Shown here: positions 9,461 through 17,781 of the stretch, piece after piece | Numbering within the stretch: position 1 is the first letter of the stretch | Layout: each line of letters starts with the position of its first letter | DNA from: Defluviitaleaceae bacterium | Lineage (GTDB): Bacteria; Bacillota; Clostridia; Lachnospirales; WQUN01 | Assembly (NCBI GenBank): GCA_009785665.1 | Contig: WQVV01000001.1 | Coordinates: 1 to 39,661, forward strand | DNA length: 39,661 bases | Direction of reading: 5' to 3' | Translations under genes and position numbers: made by a program | The notes under the pieces: model-generated | The model's input: only the letters and a program-made list of their open reading frames with translations | Told to the model about the DNA's origin: nothing | Databases searched by the model: none

Positions 9461-10465
9461 CTATCCAACAATTTTGAACATTGCACTTATAGGAAAAATT
9501 TCGCTCTCATCTCTTGATGATGAACTATCCTCAATGAACAAAATCATCACCAGCCGATACATTCCGACTGATAATGGATGCCAATACCGCAACCTAACGC
9601 TAATCTCAACCTCTTGCCCATAGTAGAGTTTTACCGTATCGGTAACACTATCGGCAAACAATCCGCCTTGCCATTGTCCTCCACTTGGGGCTATGCTATT
9701 GACTGGTATCTCATACCAATATCCGTCTATGTATTTCTCCAGCCTTTGCAACCAGCCAAGAGAAATAATAGTTTCGGATTGGTTTGTAACAACGCCCCGC
9801 AAAATATCTTCTGCGTAATCATAATCTACAAATGCCAGAAAGTTTTCTTCTGCAAAGCTAGAACTCTGATTTGTTATTTCAAAATTTTCACTTAGAAGAT
9901 ACTGACAACTGAAATCTGAATAAAGCGAAACTTTAACAAGTATTCGATACAAACCAGCTATTGGCCGCCAATAATTCAAGTCTACTGGCAGAAATGCCGT
10001 AGATTCACCCGCGCCAATCGGAAGCGTTGCAATAGATTGCGGTCGTCTTGAAGCGGGGGCAACCCAAAAATATGGAACTTCATACCAGTTATCCCCAATG
10101 CTTTTCTCTAAAATCACATTAGGCGGTCGCAAAAAGAATGGGCGATACAGTGTACTGCGTGTAGCATTGTCAATCTGTAGCGAAAGAAGATTGCTTTGTG
10201 ATAAATTCACATTGCTTAGGTATGCCCCCTCAAGTGAGTTAAGCTGTTCGTCATTAAGGGATGTTCGATTCCAATAAGATTGGTCAATTTGCCGTTGGGT
10301 CAAAATAGGGTTCATATTTTCTAGCGAAATTGCGAACACTCTATTTTCGCGTTCTGGCATATCCTCATACAAACCATTTTCAGTATGCCCACAAGAGACA
10401 AAAAGAAAGCAAGTCACCCCAAATATTACTGCTATTAGCGTTATCTTGCAATTATCCATCATCAC
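9461..10465 (-). CDS. hypothetical lipoprotein with two tandem repeated modules
   Basis: The signal peptide has a lipobox-like FVSC. Module 1 reads DNWYEVPYFWVAP...YWRPIAGLYRILVKV and module 2 reads DGYWYEIPVNSIAP...YWHPLSVGMYRLVMI. Confidence 0.6.
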   Translation of the reverse strand: MMMDNCKITLIAVIFGVTCFLFVSCGHTENGLYEDMPERENRVFAISLENMNPILTQRQIDQSYWNRTSLNDEQLNSLEGAYLSNVNLSQSNLLSLQIDNATRSTLYRPFFLRPPNVILEKSIGDNWYEVPYFWVAPASRRPQSIATLPIGAGESTAFLPVDLNYWRPIAGLYRILVKVSLYSDFSCQYLLSENFEITNQSSSFAEENFLAFVDYDYAEDILRGVVTNQSETIISLGWLQRLEKYIDGYWYEIPVNSIAPSGGQWQGGLFADSVTDTVKLYYGQEVEISVRLRYWHPLSVGMYRLVMILFIEDSSSSRDESEIFPISAMFKIVG

Positions 10466-10481
10466 CCCATTCCTTTTGCCT

Positions 10482-10976
10482 CTACGCGCTTAACTTCTTC
10501 TTAGTTCGTTCAACCAAACCGCCCGCTGACATTATTTCTTGCATGAACTCTGGGAATGGTTCGGCTTTGTATGTCTCGTTTGTGCTTAGGTTGGTTATTG
10601 TGCCTGATGTGAAGTCGATTTCTACTTGGTCGCCTGCGTTTATTGCCTTTGCGGCTTGCGGGCATTCCAGTATGGGAAGCCCAATGTTGATTGCATTGCG
10701 ATAGAAAATACGTGCGAAAGTTTCGGCAATTACGCAGGAAATCCCAGATGCTTTGATTGCAATTGGCGCATGTTCACGAGACGAACCGCAACCGAAATTT
10801 TTGTTGGCAACCATGATGTCCCCTTGCTTTACGCGTTGTGGGAAGGTTGCGTCAATGTCTTCCATGCAGTGGGACGCGAGACTTGCGGGGTTTGAATCGT
10901 TAAGATACCGCGCTGGGATAATAACATCTGTGTCCACATTGTCGCCATATTTAAAAACAGAACCTTTAGCTTTCAT
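10482..10976 (-). CDS. leuD: 3-isopropylmalate dehydratase small subunit
   Basis: [17 protein letters not shown] and [10 protein letters not shown] motifs. I preferred ATG 10976 (AGGAGG at 6 nt) over TTG 10979. Confidence 0.9.
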   Translation of the reverse strand: MKAKGSVFKYGDNVDTDVIIPARYLNDSNPASLASHCMEDIDATFPQRVKQGDIMVANKNFGCGSSREHAPIAIKASGISCVIAETFARIFYRNAINIGLPILECPQAAKAINAGDQVEIDFTSGTITNLSTNETYKAEPFPEFMQEIMSAGGLVERTKKKLSA

Positions 10977-11010
10977 CAAAATCCTCCTAAAGTTATACTT
11001 TTTTATTACC

Positions 11011-11090
11011 TAGGAAACTGCTTATGGCTTCGAGACGTATGTGTTAGCAGCCAATGCAGGTCGTCGGCGAAATGCGGCTATGCCGCCGCC
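11011..11090 (+). repeat. Repeat family A, copy 1 (leuD/orf178 intergenic, overlapping the orf178 stop)
   Basis: Sequence is TAGGAAACTGCTTATGGCTTCGAGACGTATGTGTTAGCAGCCAATGCAGGTCGTCGGCGAAATGCGGCTATGCCGCCGCC. Confidence 0.85.
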
Positions 11091-11614
11091 ATGATTAGAA
11101 TAATAGTCGCGATAGCCAGAACCGTAATAACACTAAAGCAACCACTTTTCGCGGGTATCCACTGGGCTTTTTCCCCAGGTCTTGCGCCGCGAAGTTGATT
11201 CATTCCTAATTTTTCAACATCGCCGTCGTCGTAATTCATTATTAAGGGCTGTTGGCTTGATAACTTACCCTTGAAAAAGCCGCCTCTTAGATGCCAGTTT
11301 CCCTCAAATGCGAAGGTGTCAAACGCTTCTTGTAATGTCACAACATGCTCTTTTTTCACTACGTCAGTCTCGCCGTCCAAAAATAATGCTTGCACATGAT
11401 GTTCATGAATTTCGCCAATGTTGGCGGGGTAGTAATATCCATCATGCGGCCAACGAGCAAAAACTATATCATTTGGCATATCCTTCGCGCCCAAGGACAA
11501 ATTCACTTCTTGATGCAATTTTTTTGAAGCCCCGCAATATACACAAGTAGCAATATTAGAACCGTGAGTAACTTCAAGATTTGCGCCGCATCGTTCACAT
11601 TGTAAGATGGTCAA
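11078..11614 (-). CDS. hypothetical protein: N-terminal zinc ribbon, two Tudor-like segments, C-terminal TM anchor
   Basis: CERCG...CVYCG forms a zinc ribbon. ARWPHDGYYYPANIGEI...ALFLDGETDVV is Tudor/Agenet-like. The hydrophobic tail is FSVITVLAIATIILIMAAA. TTG start after AGGAG; the RBS overlaps the leuC stop. Confidence 0.5.
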   Translation of the reverse strand: MTILQCERCGANLEVTHGSNIATCVYCGASKKLHQEVNLSLGAKDMPNDIVFARWPHDGYYYPANIGEIHEHHVQALFLDGETDVVKKEHVVTLQEAFDTFAFEGNWHLRGGFFKGKLSSQQPLIMNYDDGDVEKLGMNQLRGARPGEKAQWIPAKSGCFSVITVLAIATIILIMAAA

Positions 11615-11625
11615 TTAAAACACTC

Positions 11626-12891
11626 CTAAATTTTATCGGGGTCTGTGATGTAGCCTGTGAGTGCCGAAGCCGCCGCAACCGCTGGACTAGACAGGTAAAC
11701 TTCGGATTCGGGATGCCCCATACGCCCTACGAAGTTTCGATTGGTGGTAGCAAGAGCGCGTTCGCCCTTAGCCAAAATTCCCATATGCCCGCCAAGACAA
11801 GGCCCGCATGTAGCAGGACTAACAACCGCCCCAGCTTTTATGAAATCTTGCATAAGCCCTTCTTCAATCATTTGAAGGGAAATATTCTGTGTGCCTGGGA
11901 AAATAAGCACACGTAAATTTTTCGCAACCCTGCGCCCACGCAGAATTGACGCGGCAATTCGCATATCTTCCATACGTCCGTTTGTGCAACTTCCTATTAC
12001 AACTTGGTCAAGTTTTACTTTGCCCACTTCTGGGTCGTCAATGGTTTTTGTGTTTTCTGGCAAATGCGGGAAAGCTACCGTTGGACGAAGAGTAGCAAGG
12101 TCGATTGTGTATACCGCTTCGTATTCTGCGTCTGCGTCTGCTGTGTATTCCACGCCCTGTCTTGATGCGTGAGCGGCAATATATTCGCGGGTTTTTTCGT
12201 CTACTGGGAAAATCCCGTTTTTCGCGCCAGCTTCGATAGCCATATTCGCAATGGAAAAACGGTCGTCCATGGAAAGATACTGCAAGCCATCACCCGAATA
12301 CTCCATAGACTTATAAAGCGCGCCGTCCACGCCTATCATACCAATGATATGCAAAATAATATCCTTGCCCGAAACCCATTTTGCAGGCTTGCCAACCAAC
12401 TCAAACTTGAGCGCAGGCGGAACTTTAAACCAAGTCCCACCAATAGCCATAGCGCAGGCCATATCGGTGCTACCAACACCCGTGGAAAACGCACCAAGCG
12501 CGCCATAAGTGCAAGTATGGCTATCCGCGCCGATAATAGCATCACCAGCCACAGCCAAACCTTTTTCGGGAATCAAACAATGCTCGATTCCCATTTCGCC
12601 TACTTCAAAGTAATTTTCAACTTCGTATTTCAGCGCGAACTCACGAACCTGCTTGCAATGCTCCGCCGAAAGAATATCCTTGTTAGGCGTAAAGTGGTCG
12701 GGAACAATAGCAATCTTCGACTTATCGAAAACTTTATCAACCCCAATTTTCTCAAACTCCTTGATTGCAACAGGTGTTGTAACATCATTTCCAAGCACCA
12801 AATCAAGTTTGGCTTCAATCAATTGCCCCGCCGTAACACTAGGCAAGCCCGCATGTGCGGCAAGAATCTTTTGGGTCATAGTCATACCCAT
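11626..12891 (-). CDS. leuC: 3-isopropylmalate dehydratase large subunit
   Basis: Aconitase-family motifs [18 protein letters not shown] and CGPCLG. I preferred ATG 12891 (AAAGGGG at 8 nt) over GTG 12900. Confidence 0.92.
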   Translation of the reverse strand: MGMTMTQKILAAHAGLPSVTAGQLIEAKLDLVLGNDVTTPVAIKEFEKIGVDKVFDKSKIAIVPDHFTPNKDILSAEHCKQVREFALKYEVENYFEVGEMGIEHCLIPEKGLAVAGDAIIGADSHTCTYGALGAFSTGVGSTDMACAMAIGGTWFKVPPALKFELVGKPAKWVSGKDIILHIIGMIGVDGALYKSMEYSGDGLQYLSMDDRFSIANMAIEAGAKNGIFPVDEKTREYIAAHASRQGVEYTADADAEYEAVYTIDLATLRPTVAFPHLPENTKTIDDPEVGKVKLDQVVIGSCTNGRMEDMRIAASILRGRRVAKNLRVLIFPGTQNISLQMIEEGLMQDFIKAGAVVSPATCGPCLGGHMGILAKGERALATTNRNFVGRMGHPESEVYLSSPAVAAASALTGYITDPDKI

Positions 12892-12933
12892 AAGCGACAC
12901 CCCTTTTGAAATTTTATCATCGTAACATTAATA

Positions 12934-12942
12934 ATTATATCA
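12934..12942 (-). promoter_or_regulatory. extended -10 element TGATATAAT upstream of leuC
   Basis: The minus strand reads TGATATAAT about 40 nt upstream of the leuC start. No good -35 is present. Confidence 0.45.
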
Positions 12943-12956
12943 TACTTTTTCCTATA

Positions 12957-13030
12957 AAACAGTGACATATCAGCCCCGCAACAATCCTGCAAATTTGCAC
13001 TATTTTCGTGAGGCTGATATGTCACTGTTT
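12957..13030. repeat. 19-bp perfect inverted repeat with a 36-nt loop
   Basis: The arms are AAACAGTGACATATCAGCC (12957-12975) and GGCTGATATGTCACTGTTT (13012-13030). The loop contains the 12-nt palindrome TGCAAATTTGCA (12988-12999). Confidence 0.9.
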
Positions 13031-13053
13031 AAGCGGAAAAAGTATCAAATGTT

Positions 13054-13113
13054 AAAAAAAATACCACCTTTCTCATATTTAAGCGTGTAAAATCGCTTAA
13101 TGAGAATAGGTGG
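13054..13113 (-). terminator. rho-independent terminator of the paralog/ABC-2 operon
   Basis: An imperfect ~20-bp stem (13064-13085 / 13094-13113) is followed on the minus strand by a T8 run (13054-13061). Confidence 0.7.
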
Positions 13114-13186
13114 CAGCGGCACAGCCGCATTTCGCCGTCAACCTGCATTGGTTGCTAACACATACGTCTCGAAGCCGTAAGCAGAA
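13112..13186 (-). repeat. Repeat family A, copy 2 (3' UTR of the ABC-2 permease gene)
   Basis: The reverse complement reads TTCTGCTTACGGCTTCGAGACGTATGTGTTAGCAACCAATGCAGGTTGACGGCGAAATGCGGCTGTGCCGCTGCC. Confidence 0.85.
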
Positions 13187-13206
13187 TAAAAAAGTGGCAA
13201 TACGCT

Positions 13207-13965
13207 CTAGTATTCTTTACGGTCGAAGATTAAACTTCCTGCTGTGAAAAATACAATACCATATCCGCCAACGATTGCGAGCATGTGAAGGATTCGCGAA
13301 GCATTGGGAAGTACACCAATCCAAAGACGATACCAGCCCAAGTACGACGTAAACAGCATATCGAATAGGGACGGGAATAGAAACGGCAAAACATTAAGCG
13401 TGGCGTAGATTACGATTAGCAGAAGCATAGTCAAAGTGCTGCTTTTGCCAAAAAGCGCGACCAATGCGGCGAAGGTCGCCAGTACCGCCAGCGGAAAAAG
13501 CGTAATTACATAAGCAACTAGCGCGTTAAAAATTCCACTAAATCCGATGCCGCTACCTGTTGCTAAATTAACTAATGTGCTTAGTACAAAAATGCATCCC
13601 AGATAAACTGCGGCATAGGAAACAATTGCAAGCAGTTTTGCGGTGTAAAGTTTCCAGCGTTCTACTGGACGGCAAATCATTGCTTTCATTGTGCTATCGG
13701 AAGATTCTGCTGTAATTAAATCTGCCGCGCCCATGAATACCAGCAACGGGATAATCACCTGCGAAAAAAGCGGCAAAACACCTATTGGCGAAGGTGTTAT
13801 GTTAAACGCGAATCCGCTTAAATGCCCCAAAAGCCCCGAAGCCACTGCCCCTGCACTCACAAACAAAACACAAATAATAGCCCCGATAATTAGAAAGACT
13901 ATGTACTTTTTTCGCAAAAGTAATTTGTCTGTCTCGTTGTGATACGCTGCTTTTAATGCCGTCAT
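13207..13965 (-). CDS. ABC-2 family transporter permease
   Basis: Six hydrophobic segments. ATGA overlap with the upstream ATPase gene. Confidence 0.75.
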   Translation of the reverse strand: MTALKAAYHNETDKLLLRKKYIVFLIIGAIICVLFVSAGAVASGLLGHLSGFAFNITPSPIGVLPLFSQVIIPLLVFMGAADLITAESSDSTMKAMICRPVERWKLYTAKLLAIVSYAAVYLGCIFVLSTLVNLATGSGIGFSGIFNALVAYVITLFPLAVLATFAALVALFGKSSTLTMLLLIVIYATLNVLPFLFPSLFDMLFTSYLGWYRLWIGVLPNASRILHMLAIVGGYGIVFFTAGSLIFDRKEY

Positions 13966-14693
13966 GCGGATTCACCTGCCCTCTGTCTTTGCTCGTTTAC
14001 TTTGAATAGAAAATAGTCTTCCAAGCTACCGTGTTGCTCTAAAATTTCGTTCATGCTTAGAAGACCCAGAAGCCGCCCACCGTGCATAACTGCCGCCTTT
14101 GTTGCCACTTGCTGAATTTCATTCGCCAGATGCGAGGAAATTAACACTGCCGCGCCACTTTCGGCGGCTTGGCGAACGGTATCGCGTACATACACCATGC
14201 CCTCAATATCCAGCCCATTTGATGGTTCGTCTAGGATTAGCAGACTTGGTTTCGATAGCAACGCACCCGCAAGCCCTACACGCTGGCGCATTCCTAGGCT
14301 TAGCACGCCTATTTTATCGTTCTTGTACTTGTCCATTTCTACCATGCGAAGGACTTCATCTACTCGGGATTCATCTACTTCGTCGTAGAATCTCGCCGCC
14401 ATTTGTAGATTTTTTAACACTGTTGTGTGTGCGTATAGCGCGGGGGATTCTATTAGGCAACCTACATGCCCCATTGCTTTTTCGTGTTGGTCTACTGCGT
14501 CTATGCCGCATACATGTATGCTTCCGCTGGTTATGCCTATTAGCCCTGCTATTGCCTTCATTGTTGTGGTCTTGCCAGAGCCGTTTGGCCCTAACAGCCC
14601 CAGTACCTCGCCCGACGCAAGGGCGAAAGAAATATCTTCCGCCCCACGTCCGTTCTTATATAGTTTTGTCACGTTTTTAAGTTCAAGCACCAT
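13962..14693 (-). CDS. ABC transporter ATP-binding protein (ABC-2 / bacitracin-lantibiotic-immunity-like subfamily)
   Basis: Walker A GPNGSGKTT, signature LSLGMRQR and Walker B LILDEPSNGLD. Confidence 0.9.
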   Translation of the reverse strand: MVLELKNVTKLYKNGRGAEDISFALASGEVLGLLGPNGSGKTTTMKAIAGLIGITSGSIHVCGIDAVDQHEKAMGHVGCLIESPALYAHTTVLKNLQMAARFYDEVDESRVDEVLRMVEMDKYKNDKIGVLSLGMRQRVGLAGALLSKPSLLILDEPSNGLDIEGMVYVRDTVRQAAESGAAVLISSHLANEIQQVATKAAVMHGGRLLGLLSMNEILEQHGSLEDYFLFKVNEQRQRAGESA

Positions 14694-14699
14694 GCAAAA

Positions 14700-15734
14700 T
14701 CACCGTCCAGCCCTTGTGTCGCGAATGCTATCCACGTCAATATAGCCGTTTTCGTCAAGCGAGAAGAATACTGACATATTTCTGCGTCCAAAGTTTTCAT
14801 ACATAAAATCTCGCATGAAAACGTCCGTCAAGTTGGGGATAGGGCTTTGCGGATTACTTGTGCCAACCTCCGAAATATAGATGCCCATTTCCAAATCAAC
14901 TGCGTGAGTATGTCCCAACATGTTCACAATATCGGCTTCAAACCTAAACCAAAAGTAAGTGAGATTTCCCGCAGAATCCACAACCGCTTCAATGGAAACG
15001 CGGTTAATATCCATGCTACGAAGGGGAATATCCAAAACCGTATGATGCTCCTGCACCACAAAAGTTCTTCCCCAACCTGTATAGTTGCTCTCAATCTGTA
15101 TATCAATCAATAACCGTAGAAGCTCTGGAATCTGATGCCCAGCAATCGTGCCACTTATGCGCTGTGTGCCGTCGCTTTGCGAGGTCATACTCAAGTGATT
15201 ACGCATATCGCCTACCAACATGTCAATTCCAAGTTCAAACAGACGCATGGCGTTAGAATCCCGTTGAATATTCTCCAACTCGCTAAATCCCATAGTTGTA
15301 GCTGATGCTAACGTAGGCTGGAGGAAGAAATTATTGGGCCCATACGTCTCGGCGCGATACACAATTCGCCCGTCGGTGATGTCTGTTGTTTCGTGATTAC
15401 GACTGGTGCGTACTCTTAACCCATGTGTTTCATAGTTCATGTTCATGAATGTGCTTGCTATACCTGTTGCGTCTACTTCATATATATATTGCTGATAAAA
15501 CCTAGCGTTGCTATTAACGCTTTCATGGATTGTTGCTTGTTCCATAACTTCGCCGTCGATACGTATAATACCTTCGCCGTTTATGGTGAAATCATCGTAG
15601 AACAACGCGTCAAATACCGCGCTTTTTAAAACCTCATAAGGTGAACCATTTATTGCCGATACCATCAACACGCCCGACAGCATCATTCCTGCAACTACGA
15701 GGCATATTACCCGTATTGATAACTTCTTTTTCAT
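14700..15734 (-). CDS. signal-anchored extracytoplasmic protein, paralog 1 of 4 (uncharacterised family)
   Basis: N-terminus MKKKLSIRVICLVVAGMMLSGVLMVSAINGSPYEVLK. Shared motifs are MTSQSDGTQRISG, GHQIPE and VGTSNPQSPIPNL. RBS GAGGAGGG. Confidence 0.8.
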   Translation of the reverse strand: MKKKLSIRVICLVVAGMMLSGVLMVSAINGSPYEVLKSAVFDALFYDDFTINGEGIIRIDGEVMEQATIHESVNSNARFYQQYIYEVDATGIASTFMNMNYETHGLRVRTSRNHETTDITDGRIVYRAETYGPNNFFLQPTLASATTMGFSELENIQRDSNAMRLFELGIDMLVGDMRNHLSMTSQSDGTQRISGTIAGHQIPELLRLLIDIQIESNYTGWGRTFVVQEHHTVLDIPLRSMDINRVSIEAVVDSAGNLTYFWFRFEADIVNMLGHTHAVDLEMGIYISEVGTSNPQSPIPNLTDVFMRDFMYENFGRRNMSVFFSLDENGYIDVDSIRDTRAGR

Positions 15735-15758
15735 TTTTGCCCTCCTCGGTTAGTTTAA

Positions 15759-16712
15759 TTAAGGTCTTCCAAAAAATGAATGCATTACAATGCTATCCAT
15801 GTCAACATTGCCATAGTCGTCTAGCGTGAATGTCGCGTATGACGCGCTATCCAATCTAAAAACTTCCTCCAGATTAGGAATTGGACTTTGCGGCGCACTT
15901 GTACCTATTTCGGAAAGATGCGTAACAATTTCTACATCAAAGATATTTGTTTCGCCAAAAATATTTGTTACGGCGGCATTTGCCCCAACGCGCAAGTATA
16001 TTAAATAACCAGCGGCATTTATATCCGCATAGCCATAGATGCGGTTGATTGTCACACTCTGCATTGGTACATGAACTGTCGTTTGACCCTCGCGTAATAC
16101 GAACCATTCTGCGCGTGCCGCGTCTTGCTCTACCATTATGTCTATTAGCAATTGCGCCATTTCGGGTAGTTGATTCCCTGTTATTGCTCCGCTTACGCGA
16201 CGCGTTCCGTCGCTTTGGGTTGTCATGCTCATGTGGTGTCGTAAATCGCCAACCACCATGTCCAGCCCCAATTCAATCAATCGCATTTGGTGAGAATCAC
16301 GCTCTGGTATAACATTCCTGTTATTCCCCATTGTGGTTGGGTTAAACTCATTTCGCGTATGCTTATAAATTTGAAATCTTTGTGGGTCGCCAGTATAACG
16401 AGTGTTACTATGCATACGCAGTTCTTCCGTAGAAAACATCATGTGGCTTCGCCCGTCATGATTTTCAAAGATAGACAAGATAGTTGTATCACTGGTGCTG
16501 AAATGTTGCCGCTGGTAGTGATGTATTTCGCCGTTTACACGCACAGTAATCGTTGAGTCAGTTGTAAGATTCTCGTAGAAAAATGCGTCAAACAACGCGT
16601 TTTTCAAAACTTCATACGGTGAACCATTTATTGCCGATACCATCAGCACGCCCGACAGCATCATTCCTGCTACTACAAGGCAAATCACTCGTAGTGATAA
16701 CTTCTTTTTCAT
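15759..16712 (-). CDS. signal-anchored extracytoplasmic protein, paralog 2 of 4
   Basis: N-terminus MKKKLSLRVICLVVAGMMLSGVLMVSAINGSPYEVLK. Motifs MTTQSDGTRRVSG, GNQLPE and IGTSAPQSPIPNL. The RBS TAGGAGGG overlaps the stop of the upstream paralog. Confidence 0.8.
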   Translation of the reverse strand: MKKKLSLRVICLVVAGMMLSGVLMVSAINGSPYEVLKNALFDAFFYENLTTDSTITVRVNGEIHHYQRQHFSTSDTTILSIFENHDGRSHMMFSTEELRMHSNTRYTGDPQRFQIYKHTRNEFNPTTMGNNRNVIPERDSHQMRLIELGLDMVVGDLRHHMSMTTQSDGTRRVSGAITGNQLPEMAQLLIDIMVEQDAARAEWFVLREGQTTVHVPMQSVTINRIYGYADINAAGYLIYLRVGANAAVTNIFGETNIFDVEIVTHLSEIGTSAPQSPIPNLEEVFRLDSASYATFTLDDYGNVDMDSIVMHSFFGRP

Positions 16713-16722
16713 TTACACCCTC

Positions 16723-17781
16723 CTATGATTCAAGATGCATCCCGCAAACTACTGCTAGTATGCTTCGATGTCCAAAAAATCCAATGCTATCCATGTCAAT
16801 ATTGCCGTAGTCGTCCAACATAAACTGGATTGTGCTATACCTTATGCCAAAATTACTGTCCAAAAAATCTGGCGTAAAAGTTTCCAGTAAGTTGGGGATT
16901 GGGTTTTGTGGATTACTTGTGCCAAGTTCTGTAAAATGGAAAATTTGCTCTACATTAATTTCGTGGCTACTGCCAAACATATTAACAACATCAGCATTCA
17001 TGCCCATACGAATATATGTGAGATTTCCTGTAGAATCCACAATAGCCTCTGTATACAGGCGGGTTATTTCCAAACTGCGTATCGGAATATCCACGGGAAT
17101 ATGGTAATCCTGCAACACGAAATTACTTGCCCTTGCGTAATCTGCTTCAACTCTCATATCCACAAGAACACGCCCAATTTCGGGTAGTTGATTCCCCGTG
17201 ATTGCTGCATAGAATTTTCGTGTGCCGTCGCTTTGCGTGGTCATGTTTACGTTGTTTCGCAAATCGCTAACAAGAAGGTCTAACGCGAGTTCCTTAATTC
17301 GCGTTTCGGCAGAATATCTATCGCCGCCCAAATTAAGCGTGTGCGGAATAAAAGCCCGCCCAGCCGTAACAACCCAATGCTGACTATATGGGCTTACACT
17401 TAAACGATACACCGCACGCCCGCAAGGACTAGGCACACATGTCATCAAAGACACTTCGCTTGTGCGAAACGACAGTATTCTGTCATGCCTATGCGTGTAC
17501 GCCACAGACATTCTATTAGGCGAATCCACAAATAAACTACGGTTATTGCCAACACTTTCATGCCGCAAACCATGCGCGACAACTTCGCCATCAAAGCGCA
17601 GAATGAACTCGCTGTCTAGGGTGAAGTTATCGTAAAACATAGCGTCAAACACCACGTTTTTAAAAGCCTCATATGGCGAGCCATTCACCGCCGACACCGC
17701 CAACGCCCCAAACAAGAGCATTCCAGCGATTGCAAGGCATAATACACGAACGGATAGTTTCCGTTTTTTTCCGTCTACCAT
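16723..17781 (-). CDS. signal-anchored extracytoplasmic protein, paralog 3 of 4
   Basis: N-terminus MVDGKKRKLSVRVLCLAIAGMLLFGALAVSAVNGSPYEAFK. Motifs MTTQSDGTRKF, GNQLPE and LGTSNPQNPIPNL. The start overlaps the stop of paralog 4 (ATGGTAG). Confidence 0.75.
   Translation of the reverse strand: MVDGKKRKLSVRVLCLAIAGMLLFGALAVSAVNGSPYEAFKNVVFDAMFYDNFTLDSEFILRFDGEVVAHGLRHESVGNNRSLFVDSPNRMSVAYTHRHDRILSFRTSEVSLMTCVPSPCGRAVYRLSVSPYSQHWVVTAGRAFIPHTLNLGGDRYSAETRIKELALDLLVSDLRNNVNMTTQSDGTRKFYAAITGNQLPEIGRVLVDMRVEADYARASNFVLQDYHIPVDIPIRSLEITRLYTEAIVDSTGNLTYIRMGMNADVVNMFGSSHEINVEQIFHFTELGTSNPQNPIPNLLETFTPDFLDSNFGIRYSTIQFMLDDYGNIDMDSIGFFGHRSILAVVCGMHLES

Noticed and set aside
12169-12909. 246-aa plus-strand ORF
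   Set aside because: It is fully antisense to leuC, whose translation carries unmistakable aconitase-family motifs. The translation is Arg/Asn/Ile-rich nonsense with no RBS.
12901-13206. T-box riboswitch or leucine leader-peptide attenuator upstream of leuC
   Set aside because: I found no specifier-loop/T-box architecture on the minus strand and no Leu-rich mini-ORF. The only T-box-like string (TAGGTGGCAGCGGC near 13107) is on the wrong strand and belongs to the terminator stem and repeat copy 2.
14099-14745. Plus-strand ORFs of 193, 63 and 106 aa
   Set aside because: They are antisense to the ABC ATPase gene (Walker A, signature and Walker B are on the minus strand). The composition is Leu/Arg/Cys-rich.
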